From: Hypanus sabinus
Lineage: Eukaryota
Assembly (NCBI RefSeq): GCF_030144855.1
Contig: NC_082727.1
Location: 42,036,001 to 42,100,000 of the forward strand
Direction of reading: 5' to 3'
DNA: 64,000 bases
Shown here: in pieces, positions 12,007-24,900 of the stretch
Position numbering within the stretch: position 1 is the stretch's first letter
Layout: the number at the start of each line of letters is the position of its first letter
Program-made: the position numbers and the translations under genes
Notes under the pieces: model-generated
What the model was told of the DNA's origin: nothing
Database searches by the model: none
Seen by the model: only the letters and a program-made list of their open reading frames with translations

Positions 12007-12220
12007 TGTGGTGAACTATGTGCCTGTCTGGACACGCCCCCTGCTGACTGCTCCTGTGGCTCCTCCCACAGGCCCCTGTATAAAGGCGATCTGAGGCCTG
12101 ACGCTCGGCCTCAGTCTCCAGGACATGGTATGATGGACACTCACTCCTGGTTCCTTCTTCCAGTCAATAAAAGCCGATATCTCGCCTTACGTCTCAGTGT
12201 GAGTTATTGATGGTGCATCA
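12007..12220 (+). repeat. 3' LTR of Gypsy copy 1
   Basis: 213/214 identical to 7843-8056; preceded by polypurine tract AAAGGGGGGGTGAA; AATAAA at 12166-12171. Confidence 0.95.
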
Positions 12221-13235
12221 CTTCCTATGCCAGTATATTAGCATTTTGTGAGACCTGCATTGATGCATGCAGATTCCTCCACACCTCAGAGCTCTGAAAT
12301 CTCTTACCTCTTGATAGTACGTCCCCCTTTTATTTTTTTCCACTTTTTATCTTCCTGTTTCCTTCATGTGCAGATCTATATCAAGGCTGACAGTGTCAAA
12401 CTGCAAGGCACTGTTGCAATAAATGGCACACGAAACTCCAGTTTCCGAGTCTGAAATCAGGGTTGCTTCTGTGGGGTGAGCTATGGTTCTTACACCCTCA
12501 GCTCATATTGCTGTATTCACCAACAGAGCAGTGCTGCAACTTCAATGCATCCATTAAAACTGTGATCAGGAGCTTCATTCATGGAGTGAAGACAATGATT
12601 CATTGCCTGGAGTACCTTCTTTTGTGATTGTTGCTACTTATGAAAACTAGCCCTTCAGGAGGTTTGGGCATGGGATGGATGGAAGAGGCGGCTGTTATGC
12701 TGTGGCACGTGAGGCAAATGGAGTGGAGCATCACATGGATCGCCATCTACTGGATTCCTTCACAGCGGTCGCTAGAAGCGTTTGCAGAGTGATTGCTAAT
12801 AGAATATTTGCTTCTGATTACTGTGATATGCATAAAGAAGTTCCATCACATCTCTCTTGTTTTCCAGCCGTATCAAAACAATCCATGCATGAACTTCAAA
12901 CTTTCTAACTCCAGTTCACTAAAGATGATGCCATTCCAAAGGTCCTTGTGATCCCATCAAATGGTGGGTTGAAGTCAAATAGTAATTTCATTGGTATTTA
13001 ATAAAAAATACAAATGAAACTCCACAACGCAATCTGGTACCTTCAGGTCCTAAGATTTCCTTATAAACTCTTCCAGGCACCAACTGAGGGTCAGCTTGGA
13101 GGTGAATTTCATTCTGTAACTCCAAGAGTAATGTGGCAACTCTTTCCTTGAACTCTATCCATAGGCACTAGTTATACCATTGGCAATGACTATTTTTGAA
13201 AGGCAAAAGATCAATTAGCTGATGATTCCTCAATT

Positions 13236-14281
13236 CCCAGGTTACATCACTGATGATGTGTCCCAGCACATCCTAGGATGTATCTGAACATCATAAGCTC
13301 TGCTCAGCCAGCGACATACAGCAATGGTCTGCGGTGACAACCAAGAACAGGTTGGTGATGACTGGAGAGACAGTTGACAGCTCAGAAAGAAGCAACTGGG
13401 GCAGGAAGGGCTAGCAAACCATCTTGAATCTTCTGAGAAGATACCCCACAAGCTACAGATGGAGACATGCCCCAAGGGGATCCAGAGAGTGGGGGAAGAT
13501 GAGCGCCCCACCAGGACAGACTTAAGAATGTCAACCCTTGCAAATGGACCACTGGTTAAGAGAGAGAGATGCATTTGCAGCAAGGTCTGCAAGAACATCC
13601 CTGGCCCAAAAGACAGGATGAAATGCCGAGGGCAGGAGAGAGCAGCGTAGTGCAGAGGGTTTAATCCTGGTGAGATCCAGGAGGAGCAGAATCACCCCAC
13701 AGTGCCCAGAGTCTTAAAGCACCAGAAATTCGCATTCCAAGCAGAGTAGCAGAACACTGCTGAGTTAATGGGCCTTCAGCAAGCCACTGGGCCAAGGGGT
13801 TGCAGTTTGAGGAAGTAGTCAGAGCAGCCAGAGCTAGTTCTGCCGCTGGTTCCAGCTGAATACCCACCAAGGTATACGAGTGCTGTCCTAAGCTCCTCCA
13901 GCTACTTTGGATATCCCAAATACTATTTGCTGGTAAAGCAGTGTTGGAGACACGAGTGGAGAACACAATGTGAGGAGGGTTGTAGAGGTTTTCCTGGCTG
14001 CTCATGTGCAGAACCTATTCTCTCCTTGGGATGATGGGGACTGCAAAGAAAAAAACCATCAGGACCCTCACAGGGGCTGCTGAGTGACCTTCCAGATGAC
14101 CATGGATCAAAAGGCAAGACTGTGCATCAGTGTTGCTGAGACACAAGCCAGGGCCTGATCTACCCAGGCCGGGTCACCTGAGTGAGAGTGTCTGATGCTG
14201 AAAGACCCAGAACTCCTGATGACCCCAGGTTACCTCACTGATGATATGTCCCAGTGCATCCTAGCGTGTATCTTAGCATCA
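13236..14281 (+). mobile_element. Internally deleted HERO/NeSL-like non-LTR element (N-terminal zinc finger plus RLE end) with 58-bp terminal direct repeats
   Basis: CICSKVCKN...RMKC at ~13568-13630; EGCRGF and GAAE*PSR*PWIKR at ~13970-14120; no RT between them. Direct repeats at 13236-13293 and 14224-14281 (50/58 identical). Confidence 0.6.
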
Positions 14282-14289
14282 ATTCTGAA

Positions 14290-16690
14290 TTACCTGTAAC
14301 TCTTCTTTTTCTGATCTCAGCTCTAATCCTTGCCGTGTCTTCAGCATGCCCTCTGAGCTTCCCTCCTTTGAGGTGGAGTGTTTTGTCCTCAGGAAGGGCC
14401 TTACCTTTGTCTCCTTCACCTGCACCTCAGTGAGTTCCATGTCTGCCACGACTCCGATCTCTTCTCCTGTCGCCCCCATCTCCGAGCCCTCTTCTTTTGG
14501 CAAGAAATCCACACCCCACACTGATGACCCTTTCTTCCATCTCCAATTCTCCTCCTCTTCTTGGACACCGCGCTCTGATTCTCTGCCCGCTCTGGATTTT
14601 CTCATATCGAATTGCTAATGAGACATCAGCCATCTCGACTTCAACACTTTTCTCTCCTCCTCGAACCAATTACCCCTTCTGAATGCACTGCCCCCTGCTC
14701 TCTCCACACAAATCCCAACCTAGCCAACAAGCCCACAGTCAAAGGGAGTACAGTTGTACTGTGGTGGACTGACCTCTACCTTGCTGAGGCCAGGCAGCAA
14801 CTCTCCCTTGAAGAGCTCCCCACTCCAACCATCAAAAAACTATCTGCCACCATCACTAACATGATCAACTCTGGAGAATTCCCATCCATTGCCACTAAAG
14901 TCTTTGTTCCCTTACCCTGCGCTACTCGCTTCTACTTTCCACCCAAGATCTACAAACATAACTGTCTGGGTAGCTCTATCCCTCTGCCTGCTACTGCCCA
15001 ACTGAACTCGTGTCCTCATACCTCGACTCCAAACTATCCCCCTTGGTTCAGTTCCTTCCCACCTACATCCATATCTCTTCTCATGATCTCGATCTCCTCA
15101 TTAAGTTTCAGTTCCCTGGCCCTGACCACCTCATTTTTCACCAGGATGTCCAGTCCTTATACACTTCTATCCCCCATCAAGAAGGCCTTAATGATAACTG
15201 CTGCTTTCTGTATAAAAGAACCAGCCATTTACCCACCACCAGCACCACCCTCCTCCATCTGGCAGAACTGGTCCTCACCCTCAATGATTTTTCCTTTGGC
15301 TCTTCCCACTTTCTCCAGACTCGACATGTAGCCATGGGCCCCTGTTATGCCCACCTTTTTGTTGGTTATGTAGAACAGTCTTTGTATCAAGCTGTCCCCA
15401 GTAATGCTCCCCAACTCTTCCTCCACTACATTGACAACTGCATTGGTGCTGCTTCCTGCATGCATGCATAGCTTGTCAAATTCTTCAACTTTGCCTCCAA
15501 CTTGTCTCCATCCCTGGAGGTAAACTGTTGACTAACGTCTTTTATATACCTACTAATTCACAGGGTTGACTATACTTCTTCCCTCTCTGTCTCCTGAAAA
15601 TATTCCCTTTTTTCAATTCCTTCGTCTCCACCATATCTGTTCCCAGGATGCAGATTTCCTTTCCAAGATGTCCTTCTTCAAAGACCAGGGTTTCCCTTCC
15701 CTCACCATTAATGCCGCCCCCACCTGCATCTCCTCCATTTCCCGAACATCCGTGCTCACTCCATCTTCCCACTGCCTTGACAACGATAGAGTTCCTTTTC
15801 CCCTTACCTACCACTGGAGGAGATTCCACATCCAACACATCATCCTCCACAACTTCTACCATCTCCAGAGTACCTCCCCCTCCCCCGACTTTCTGCAAAG
15901 ATACCCTTGTCCATTTACCTTTCCCTATTAATCTCCCTCCTAGCGCCTATCCCTGAGAGCTGCCAAAGTGCTACACCTCCTCCCTCACCATCATTCAGGG
16001 CCCCAAACTGCCCTTCCAGGTGAGGCAATACTTCACCTGCAAGTTTGCTGGGGTTATCGATTGTGTCCGGTGCCCCCGACTGTGGCCTCATCTACATTGT
16101 TGAGACCCATCCTAGACTGGGGGACCATTTCTTTGAGCACCTCTGTTCCATTCACCAGAAGCAGAACTTGCTGGAGGCCAAACATTTTAATCTGATACCC
16201 ATTCCCATTCCAAGAAATTGGTCCATGGCCTCCTCTTGTGCTAAGATGAGAGTGGAGGAGTAACACCTTATATTCTACCTGGGTAGCCTCCAAACGGATG
16301 GCATGAATATCAATTTGTCCTTCTGGTAAAAAAAATGATTCCCTCCCCCTCTCTCCTTCTTCTATTCCCCACTCTAGGCTCTTACTTCTTTTCATCTGTC
16401 TATCCTCATCTGTGTCTAGGTCCCCATCTTCTTCCCTTTCTCTTATATTTCACTTTCTTCTCCTCTCAGATTCATTTCTCTCCAGCTCTTTATCTTTCCT
16501 ACCCACCTGGCTTCACCTTTCTCTTTCTAGCTAATCCTCCTTCCCCTCACCTCAACTTTCTACTCTGGCATCTTCCCCTTTCCTTTCCAGTCCTGAAGTA
16601 AGGTCTCAGCCTGAAATGTCGACTGTTTATTCACTTTTATGTCTTGCTTTGGCTTTCCAGCATCCGCAGACTTTCTCATGTTTATAGTCT
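14290..16690 (+). mobile_element. Degenerate Penelope-like retroelement (RT, GIY-YIG, hammerhead-bearing terminus)
   Basis: ORF 15010-15471 has DVQSLYTSIPH / AMGPCYAHLFVGYVE / LHYIDN RT motifs; GIY-YIG remnant at ~16015-16325; cagtc-ctgaagt...gaaa-tgtc-gactg at 16588-16625. Confidence 0.85.
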
Positions 16691-17904
16691 CTTGTAACTA
16701 TGTCTTTTACAGCTTAACCAAGAGCATCAGAGCACAGGGGTCTCTTAGGCTGCACCTCCAGGATTGCAGTATTTAGTCTTTATCTGCAGGAGAGAGTGAA
16801 GTTTAATGAGATGTGTAAGAGAGAAGGAATAGACAGATTTTCCAGTAAAAGTTCCCATGGTCTTCATTGATTCACTGCAATGAGGAAAAGTTTCAGAATG
16901 CAAGTGATTGGCTTAACTTAGATTCTTGCCATATTCTACACCCCAGAGAATGGCATCAGAATCTACAGGCAAGCAGTGTTAATCAAAAATTGTTTCTTTT
17001 TCCTTGCAAGATGCATAGCTGTCTCCTTTTCCATAGTTTAATCAGCTCTCATGAGTGCTGCAATTCCCTTTACATGTACGTAAGATTATCTAAACTTGCC
17101 TTGAGATTTCGTTAAGCTAGGAGTGATGTTTCTGGCATGCTGGCAACAAACACTGCCTGATAATTGCTTTTAGTATGGAATTCCATGCCTTCACAGGATC
17201 CTACTTTAGCCGTTAAACATAATATAGAATTGAATATAAAATAGTTTATTTTACACAGATGAACAAGCACAAGAAAAAGGGCTGTTTAGTTAATTAAATA
17301 CAATTAGATATTTACTGTAGACAATCTTTTAAGTAACTCTCTAATAAAAGACCTGTAACTTCTACAAATGAAATGAATCTTTGCAGATAATTTTTAAGTA
17401 TAAGCAATATCCACCTTCCAAATGTCAGAGATTTAAACCAACTGGGTGCTCCTTTGGGATTTTATTTTGGCGACCTTGCTTGCTTTAATTCAAACTAAGT
17501 GGACTCACTTGGATCTTTAATATCCTGAAAAAGAGATGAACAAAGAATGATAGCTTTTTGGAAAGCAGGCAAAAATATGGAAAAAGAATCAAAAATACAT
17601 TGAATATAAATATTGTAATTTTTGCCTCTTTGCTGAAGGAAGCATAACGAGTGACTCGATTGTAAATTATCTTTATAATAGAGACCATAAGCAGAGAGAC
17701 ACAGAGCAGGAAATTATAGTGCATGCAAATTTGAAGCTTGTTATTATTGGGTTTATCTTGCAATTATAGATAACTTTTGTAAGAGCCTGCAGAATTATAA
17801 AAAATCATTTCAGTTAATTGATTTTGTTTACATTATCTGTGGATGAGGGTTAATGTTCGCTATGTACTTGTAGCTCAAAATATTGTTGATGCTGCTTTTT
17901 GTTC

Positions 17905-18720
17905 AATGGTTCAATGCTTCCATTTAATATCAGAGAATATATACAATATGCAACCTAATATTCTTACTCACCACAGACATCCTCAAAGCACAAAAACCCC
18001 AAAGAATGAATACTAGAAAAAAAACAAAATAACCCCAAAGCCCCCTGCCTCCTCACAGACAAACAGCAGTTATCAGCATCAGCCATCCCCCTCCCCTTCT
18101 CCCACTTATTCTAGCAGAAAGCATCAGCATTCTCACCACCGACCAGGCAAGCAAAAGCAAGTCCCCAAAGAGAGACCGTGGTACATCAAAAGCTGTTCAT
18201 TCCAACAATTTGACATACCTCAGGCTTTCTCTCCCACTAACAAGGAGAGACAGATATCACTCCTTCCACAGCGAGAGGGGAGACAAGCAGTTGCTGTTTT
18301 GACGTTACTGTCACTGTCTGAAGCGTCACTTTTTACTTCAAGTTCCCCAACTTGAGAATTGGCAGCAAGCTCTCACCTCTCACTCACCATAGAGAGAGAG
18401 AGCGCGAGAGAGAAAGAAAAAATAGCGATCACCTGAGAGCAGAGGCCTCCGGCAGCTGCTCTCACTGTCATGATGTACCTGCTGCCCGCAATGCTACAAT
18501 TCAGGATACCGAGGAGAATTTGTGTCCACAGGTCCGCACAAGGCTGCACCTCAAAGGCGCTTGACTTCAGAACACACCTGAAGATTTCAAAATGCAGCCA
18601 ATTGGTGAGCTCCAAGAATGGGAACACACCACCTTGCAGAACCGCAGTATGAGAACCGCTGTAGATCACAGACTCCGACAGGGCCCCAGCCACCTTGAAA
18701 AGGAAAATAAAGACATTTGA
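17905..18720 (-). repeat. Unclassified retroposon-like repeat
   Basis: Begins with the reverse complement of a short tandem 3' tail (caatggttcaatg); composition differs from the flanks; no recognisable protein. Confidence 0.3.
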
Positions 18721-19129
18721 GGAGGAAAAATTTAACTATTTAGCTGATGGGCTGGGAGAAGATACCCATTGGTGCTATCTTTACTTCTACCCCCAGTTGT
18801 AAGATTTATCACAAAATGTTCTTGTGGTCTGTCTTCTCTCTTGTAGGAGGTCCCTTTGGATCAAGGGTGACTTACTGATTTTCTGGGTTCAGAGGTGGCC
18901 AGTGTAGGGAATGCAGACTGTTTCACAAATGGGTACCTAGTGTTTAATGGGGTGAGTTGCCAAGGCAGTTTGTGAGATGGTGCACTCGCTCCACTGCTAT
19001 GGAGCTGTTTCTGGCGTGCTCCCAACGCACGACCTCAAGGTCCTTAGTATCATCCCACTTTGAGTGGTCGTGGTACAGAGGAGCAGTGGAAATTACGCAT
19101 TTCATCAAGGAAGCTGTGTGCATATTATA

Positions 19130-19960
19130 GAATATAGAACAATACAGCACAGGAAGAGACCCTGGTCTGTGCCAATCATGATGCTAATTTAAACTAATAC
19201 CATGTACATGGCCATGGCCCATATTCTTTTATCCCCTGCCCATTCATGTCACTCTATATATGCCTCTTAAATGTTGTTTTCATATGTGCTTCCATTGCCT
19301 CCCCTGGCATCATGTTCCAGGTACCTACCCTTCTTTTTATTTAAAACATCTTGCCCATACTTCTCTTTTAAACTTTTCCCCCTCCCCTTAAATCTATGCC
19401 TCTTAACATTTGACATTACCACCTGGTGAAAAGAGCCTGATTACGGATTTAATCTATCCGTCTCCTAATTTTAAATACCTCTGTCAGGTTGTCCCTCAGT
19501 TTTTGACACTCCAGAGAAAACAGGCAATCCAAGATTGCCCAATCTCTCCTTGTAGCTAATACTCTCTAATCCAGGCAACATCATGGCTAATCTCTCTCCT
19601 AATGAGTCAAGTAGAACTGCATTATTACAGCTGCAACGTGACTTGTCAATACCGTGAGTCAAGTAAGTCTGCTGAGTTGTCAAGCAAGTATGGCTTCTTT
19701 CCCAGCCTTTCACTTGTGTTGCCAGTTTCATGGACTTGCACAACTTGATCCCTCTCTACACTATTACTCTCAGTAGTGGTGTATGCTCTGTACACCACTG
19801 CTCTTCAGGGTCCTGTCATTTACTGTATACTTTCCCCTTACATTTCACTCCCAGAATTCAACATCTCACACTTGTCTGGATGAACTCAGTCTGCCATTTC
19901 TCCGCCCATGTTTCCAACTGATCCATATCTTGTTGTATCCTTTAACACATCCTTGAATCT
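19130..19960 (-). mobile_element. Degenerate CR1 3' part
   Basis: Minus ORF 19471-19743 contains LPGLESISYKERLGNLGL; tail atagaatatagaac. Confidence 0.65.
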
Positions 19961-20154
19961 TTTCCTCCATTTGCCAAATAACTACTTTCCATGGCTATGT
20001 CTAATAAGATAATTGGTGACTGACAAGCTTGTAAGACTGTTTTGTGCTATATGATTTGCATTGTTTGAGTAGTAATTTTGCTAATTAATTGGCCGTAATA
20101 ATGCAGTTTTTCAATTTTGTGTTGGTACATATTGTTCATTCATTATGTGCCATG

Positions 20155-20470
20155 TCATATGATGTGGGTGATCTGGTCTTTCCATGACCATGATTGCTCT
20201 GGGCAGATTTTTCTGCACAAGTGATTTGCTATTGCCTTCTTCTGGGCAGTGTCTTTACAAGATGGGTGATCCCAGCCATTATCAATACTCTTCAGGGATT
20301 GTCTTCCTGGCGTCAGTGGTTGCATAATTTGTGATATGCACCAGCTGCATCTATGAACATTCACCCCGTGCTCCAATGGCTTCACGTGACCCTGATCAGG
20401 GGGCTAAGCAGGTGTTACACCTGGCCCAAGGGTGACCTGCGAGTTGACGGAGGGAAGGATTGCCTTACAC
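20155..20470. repeat. RTE-related short repeat
   Basis: Shares gtggtttgccattgccttcttctgggcagtg...ccattatcaatactcttcag with 43790-43990; the tgccattgccttc motif resembles RTE/BovB-derived SINE ends. Confidence 0.5.
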
Positions 20471-20657
20471 CTCCTTCAGTATATATGTATCTCCACCCCA
20501 CCAGCTGGAAACCTATTGATATATAGCAAATTCTCCATATCACCAAATAAAACTCCCTGTTTTCTGCATACAGCTGGTTATTATTTATATTCTTTAATAT
20601 AAGAAATTACTATTTATGGTAAAAGAAAATGTCTTTTAGCTCAACAAATTTGGCTTT

Positions 20658-21602
20658 TATTACGAACTCCGTAACTGGGTCACTTACCAGCAAAGATAGA
20701 GAGGTCCGTTGAAGTCCGATGATACTATTTTTAACAGTATTTATTAGTAGAAATACACAAAAATAATATCAATGCAAATATACAGATAATATACATTATC
20801 AATACTAAATCTAAAAGTGCGGGTATAATAATAATCAATAAGAAATAAGCTCTATCGTTGTCTAGGGGATAATGTATTGTCCGATGGAAATATNNNNNNN
20901 NNNNNNNNNNNNNNNNNNNNNNNNNNNNNNNNNNNNNNNNNNNNNNNNNNNNNNNNNNNNNNNNNNNNNNNNNNNNNNNNNNNNNNNNNNNNNNNNNNNN
21001 NNNNNNNNNNNNNNNNNNNNNNNNNNNNNNNNNNNNNNNNNNNNNNNNNNNNNNNNNNNNNNNNNNNNNNNNNNNNNNNNNNNNNNNNNNNNNNNNNNNN
21101 NNNNNGTCATTGCCGTGGCTGTTCAATTGTGACCTCTCCTTTAGCTAAACCATTCTTCCATGGTGAGCCCGCCACCCCAGGCAAGGGAGGACGCACACGA
21201 GCCCCCACCGGCTTTCGCTATGAAACGCTGTCACGGGATTTCTAGCATTTCTCCTGGTGCGTCTAAAGGGGTTGTTCCCCAGACCCTCTTTTATCCTTAC
21301 TCACAGGGTCTCAGATGTCAGTCAGGTTGGGATGATGCAATCCCTCAACCAGACCACTCTGGTTGTCCCCTGAGGGGTTTCAATGAATAGTACAATACTC
21401 AATACACAATTCCGTCTCCAAGAGACAATGGCTGTTATCAGTGGTTCCGTTCCGCTGAGGCCAGGACACATTCCAACCCTTGTGGATTCTGCGTGTCTCT
21501 CTCTTATTTCCTGGGTCCCAGACCCGAATTAACAGCAATCTTGCGATTCTCAAAAAGGAGGGGGCGACTTTGTACTCTTCGGCCCCTCAGAGTTGTTTCA
21601 CA
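20658..21602 (-). mobile_element. Putative solo LTR spanning an assembly gap
   Basis: Right end ...gtttcaCA, left end TAttacg (possibly decayed TG); AATAAA on the minus strand near 20730. No convincing TSD. Confidence 0.4.
20894..21105. other. Assembly gap (212 N)
   Basis: Run of N. Confidence 1.
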
Positions 21603-22279
21603 TTCATAACACTTTCAAGTAAATACATCAGTTTGCTGTTTCACTAACTCTGCCCATTTTTTTGTCCACTAAAAGATTAGATGAAATATAATAGACCTAT
21701 AAGAAAACAAATCTTGGTAAAATTTCAAGTGCTGTCTTTATTCAAATGAATGGGTAGGAGTACCAATTATTTCCAATGGAACTGTCTTTGAAATAGCCAC
21801 AGTGTCCTTAACATGTTAGGATCTTTCCATATTTTCTGTAGTAGATCAACACTAGATATTTTCATAATTGGGTCAGTACTGTTATTAGCAATGCTGGTTT
21901 TATCCCATGCTTTCCTTCAGACCACAGCACTGTTATGTCCCAAGATCCTGTATGTGTGTCCAGAGCAGTTCAAGAGGTGAATGGCAACATTCCTGAAGTC
22001 TCCATGCAGAAGATGGTCTGTGTAGCTTTCCATGCAAAAAACACCCTCTCAATGGAGCTGCACCATAAATATCTGGGGAGAAAAGTTACACAGCATTTGT
22101 TCAGGGCTCCAGGGAGAGCATTACTTGCAGAACCTAGCTGGACATTCTGTATTTACCTCTCAGGTGATTATTGAAGAGAACAAGGCCAAGTTGTGGAGTT
22201 CTCCCACTGCCTTACTTATTGTTACTGATACTCTAAACTCAAATAGTCAGATTGGCTGGTTATTTTTAAATACGTGCAG

Positions 22280-22500
22280 AAGCCACAGCTGATCTGAAAA
22301 CTCATTTTGCATGCCAGGGCATTCTAAATGAGGTTATTTCAGACAATTGCTGACTATTTAACTGGAGGGAATTGCAGTGGCTTGCATGACAACATAAGTT
22401 ATGTTCCTGCCTTCCAATGTATTTACAATCAAACAGCAAAGCCGAGAATGCAGTAATTGCAAAGCGAGTCCAGGAAAGTGCATGCATATAGCACAATACC
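22280..22500 (+). pseudogene. Old LTR-retrotransposon integrase remnant
   Basis: tttgcatgccagggcattctaaatgaggttatttcagacaat translates FACQGILNEVISDN, resembling the FARHGIPDEVISDN integrase motif. Confidence 0.45.
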
Positions 22501-22571
22501 TCAGTCTTCTGGCTACAACCACAACCTAAAGCAAATTGTAATTCCAGTGTTTTCCATTCTATGTTAATATA

Positions 22572-22634
22572 CAGTTCTGTGCAAAAGTCTTAGGTACATA
22601 TATAAAGCTAGAGTAAGATTTTTGCACAGTACTG
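22572..22634. mobile_element. Palindromic Tc1-type mini-MITE
   Basis: TA|cagttctgtgcaaaagtcttagg...gatttttgcacagtactg. Confidence 0.65.
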
Positions 22635-24221
22635 CAGTAATTTTATGCATTGAACTGTATTGCTGCCACAAAAAAAGTCTAATTTCATTACATATGTGAC
22701 TGACAATAAACCCGTTTCTGATGTGGGTTTCTATTGTGAGCTGAGAGTGGGAAGGGGGCAGGGAGAGGGGAGGGAACAGGAAGCACTAGAGCTTGTTGTG
22801 ATGATCAACAAGCCAATTGTTTGGAATCAGATGACCTTGCCTGGTATATCTGCCCCCTGCACCACCTCCTGATCCTGGAACTGCTTCCCTGCCATTGCCC
22901 CACATCTGTCTCACGATGCTCCACCCTTGCCAGTCCAACATCCTTTACTTCCTGCCAGATTTACAAACCTACTCTGTGCTCAATGGTGACATAAGAACTC
23001 ATACAATACAGAAATGTGCAAAAGTCTTAGGCACACTGGCTATATATAATTCTGTAATGCTACTGGTCTCAAAACTACTTGGCCCATGGAAATAAACTTG
23101 CAATGGGAGGCCACAGAGGTCCTGAGGGTGTCAAAGGTGACAGATTTTGAGCGGGATTGGTGCAGCGGTGGGATGGGGTAGGCACAGAGTGTTTGTCAAA
23201 ATCTATCAAGAATTTAAGGACTACACTGGGGATACACTTAGAGACATTGTAGCAAATGATTTTAATACATTGAAAGGGAGCCAGGTAAACATGAGGGAGA
23301 ATTGAAGGTTATGTTGATGGGGTTAGATAAAGAAGAAAGAAAGTTTGATGAAGCATAAACATAAGCATAGATCTATTGGAACAAAAGTTGTGTTTCTGTT
23401 TTGTGAACATTCTGTATTACTAACTGTGTATTTCAATGAAAGCAGTTCTAAGCTTATCAACTAGAAAAATAAGACTCCAAATAGTGATAGATTGGTGCAC
23501 CCAGCTGCCATTCATTCACTAGTCCAAATACATTTGTTTAATTTCAAAAATTTGGAAAATAGAGAAAGAGTTGGATCAACATTATTGATTTTGTTTCTCT
23601 CTTGACAATGCTTTCTTAATCATTGTCAAGTAGTCAGAGGCATTGAATTGCACAGCACTCTGTTATTTAATCATTGCCGTTTTGTGACATAGCTTACAGA
23701 TAAGCAGACAGCACAGCTTGTTAATCTTTAGTATATTGCTGATATTGCTGATGCTTTTAAGAGATATCAAAATCAGATTTATGACAAGTAATATTACTCC
23801 TCCCACGTCAGTAGCAAGTCTAGACTGTATTCAGTTTGGATGAAAGACTGGATCTTCCCATTTTTTAAAGCATTTGGTTATGGTTCATAATTTTTCACTG
23901 TTTCACTGATAAATTACCATCTCACATGAAATGATTTAACACAATTTTACAATTTCTTGTTGTTTATTCTTCTGGGCTGTGAAGTCAATGTTACTCCATT
24001 TATTATATATGCAATAGAAAACATGGCTTCAGGCTGTAGCGCTGCGGTATTTAACTTCCCTTTTTATGTACCTATAGTCTTAAAACAAAATATCTGAATA
24101 GTTAAATCGCAAGCACAGCCATGGTTTTGATTATTTGGTTTGCATTAGGGCAGGACAGGACCCTTGTATCAATGAATTCTTCTTTCTCTCTCTGGGTTCT
24201 GCAACCATAATTGTGTAGAGC

Positions 24222-24347
24222 AACACACACAAAAGGCTGGAGGATCTCAGCAAGTCAGGCAGCATCTGTGGAGAGGATGGTTTGGGCTGAGACCCCTCAT
24301 CAGGAATGGACTGGATATCCAGAACCTGCAGAATCTCTTGTGTTCAT
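24222..24347. mobile_element. Fold-back Penelope-like terminal mini-element with degenerate hammerhead motif
   Basis: Same architecture as the reverse complement of 468-640; the minus strand reads ctgatgaggggtctcagcccaaac. Confidence 0.6.
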
Positions 24348-24370
24348 AAGTCATGCTGTTTATTCATTGA

Positions 24371-24623
24371 AATACAGCATGGAACACTGGCCCTTTGAGA
24401 CTCACCACCTAGCAATCCCCCGATTTAACCCTAGTCAAATCACAGAATGATTTACCAGGACCGATTAACCTACCAACTGATATGTCTGTGGGAAGAAGTC
24501 AGAGCACTGGAGGAAGCCCACATGGTCATGGGGAGAACGTACAAACTCTTCACAGACAACAGTGGGAATTGAACCCAGGCCTCTGGCACCGTAAAACATT
24601 GCATTAACCATCACACTACCATG
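24371..24623 (-). mobile_element. V-SINE (HE1-like)
   Basis: Minus strand: tRNA-like head with gggttcaattccc, V-domain gtttgtacgttctccccatgaccatgtgggcttcctccagtgctc, CR1-like tail aagggccagtgttccatgctgtatt. Confidence 0.75.
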
Positions 24624-24797
24624 TCAAAATAATGTTTATCTAACTAAACAGAAACTTCAACAAAGGTGGATTAGCATAATGATTCTTAATTATTTAAGAG
24701 TGTTTGATTGTACATCTCGAATTATTTATACAAAAATTATATAGCAACATTACTCATAGCTTCAAGGCTCTAAGCTCTGATCCTTTTGTTGTTACAG

Positions 24798-24900
24798 AGG
24801 CAAAGATGTTGGACATGATGTGGATTTTATAATCAGCTGCCCTGAGGAAGGGGATGATGAAGGTCTCCTCCAGAAAACAGTCAATAAACTGGACCGTCAG
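24798..24900 (+). CDS. DNTT: Terminal deoxynucleotidyl transferase, exon equivalent to human exon 8
   Basis: Acceptor ttgttgttacag|A, donor CAG|gtaaac. 103 nt translating (R)GKDVGHDVDFIISCPEEGDDEGLLQKTVNKLDRQ, with the Pol X catalytic GHDVDF motif. Ends in phase 0, matching the next exon. Confidence 0.95.

Larger units (their letters stand above)
7843..12220 (+). mobile_element. Full-length Gypsy (Mag-like) LTR retrotransposon, copy 1
   Basis: 214-bp LTRs at 7843-8056 and 12007-12220 (TG...CA, 1 mismatch), 5-bp TSD CTTCC (7838-7842 / 12221-12225), PPT at 11993-12006, gag-PR-RT-RNaseH-IN domain order. Confidence 0.97.

Noticed and set aside
13248-13280. CTGATGA followed by a hairpin in the HERO-like terminal repeats as a hammerhead
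   Set aside because: No GAAA box follows the helix in either copy.
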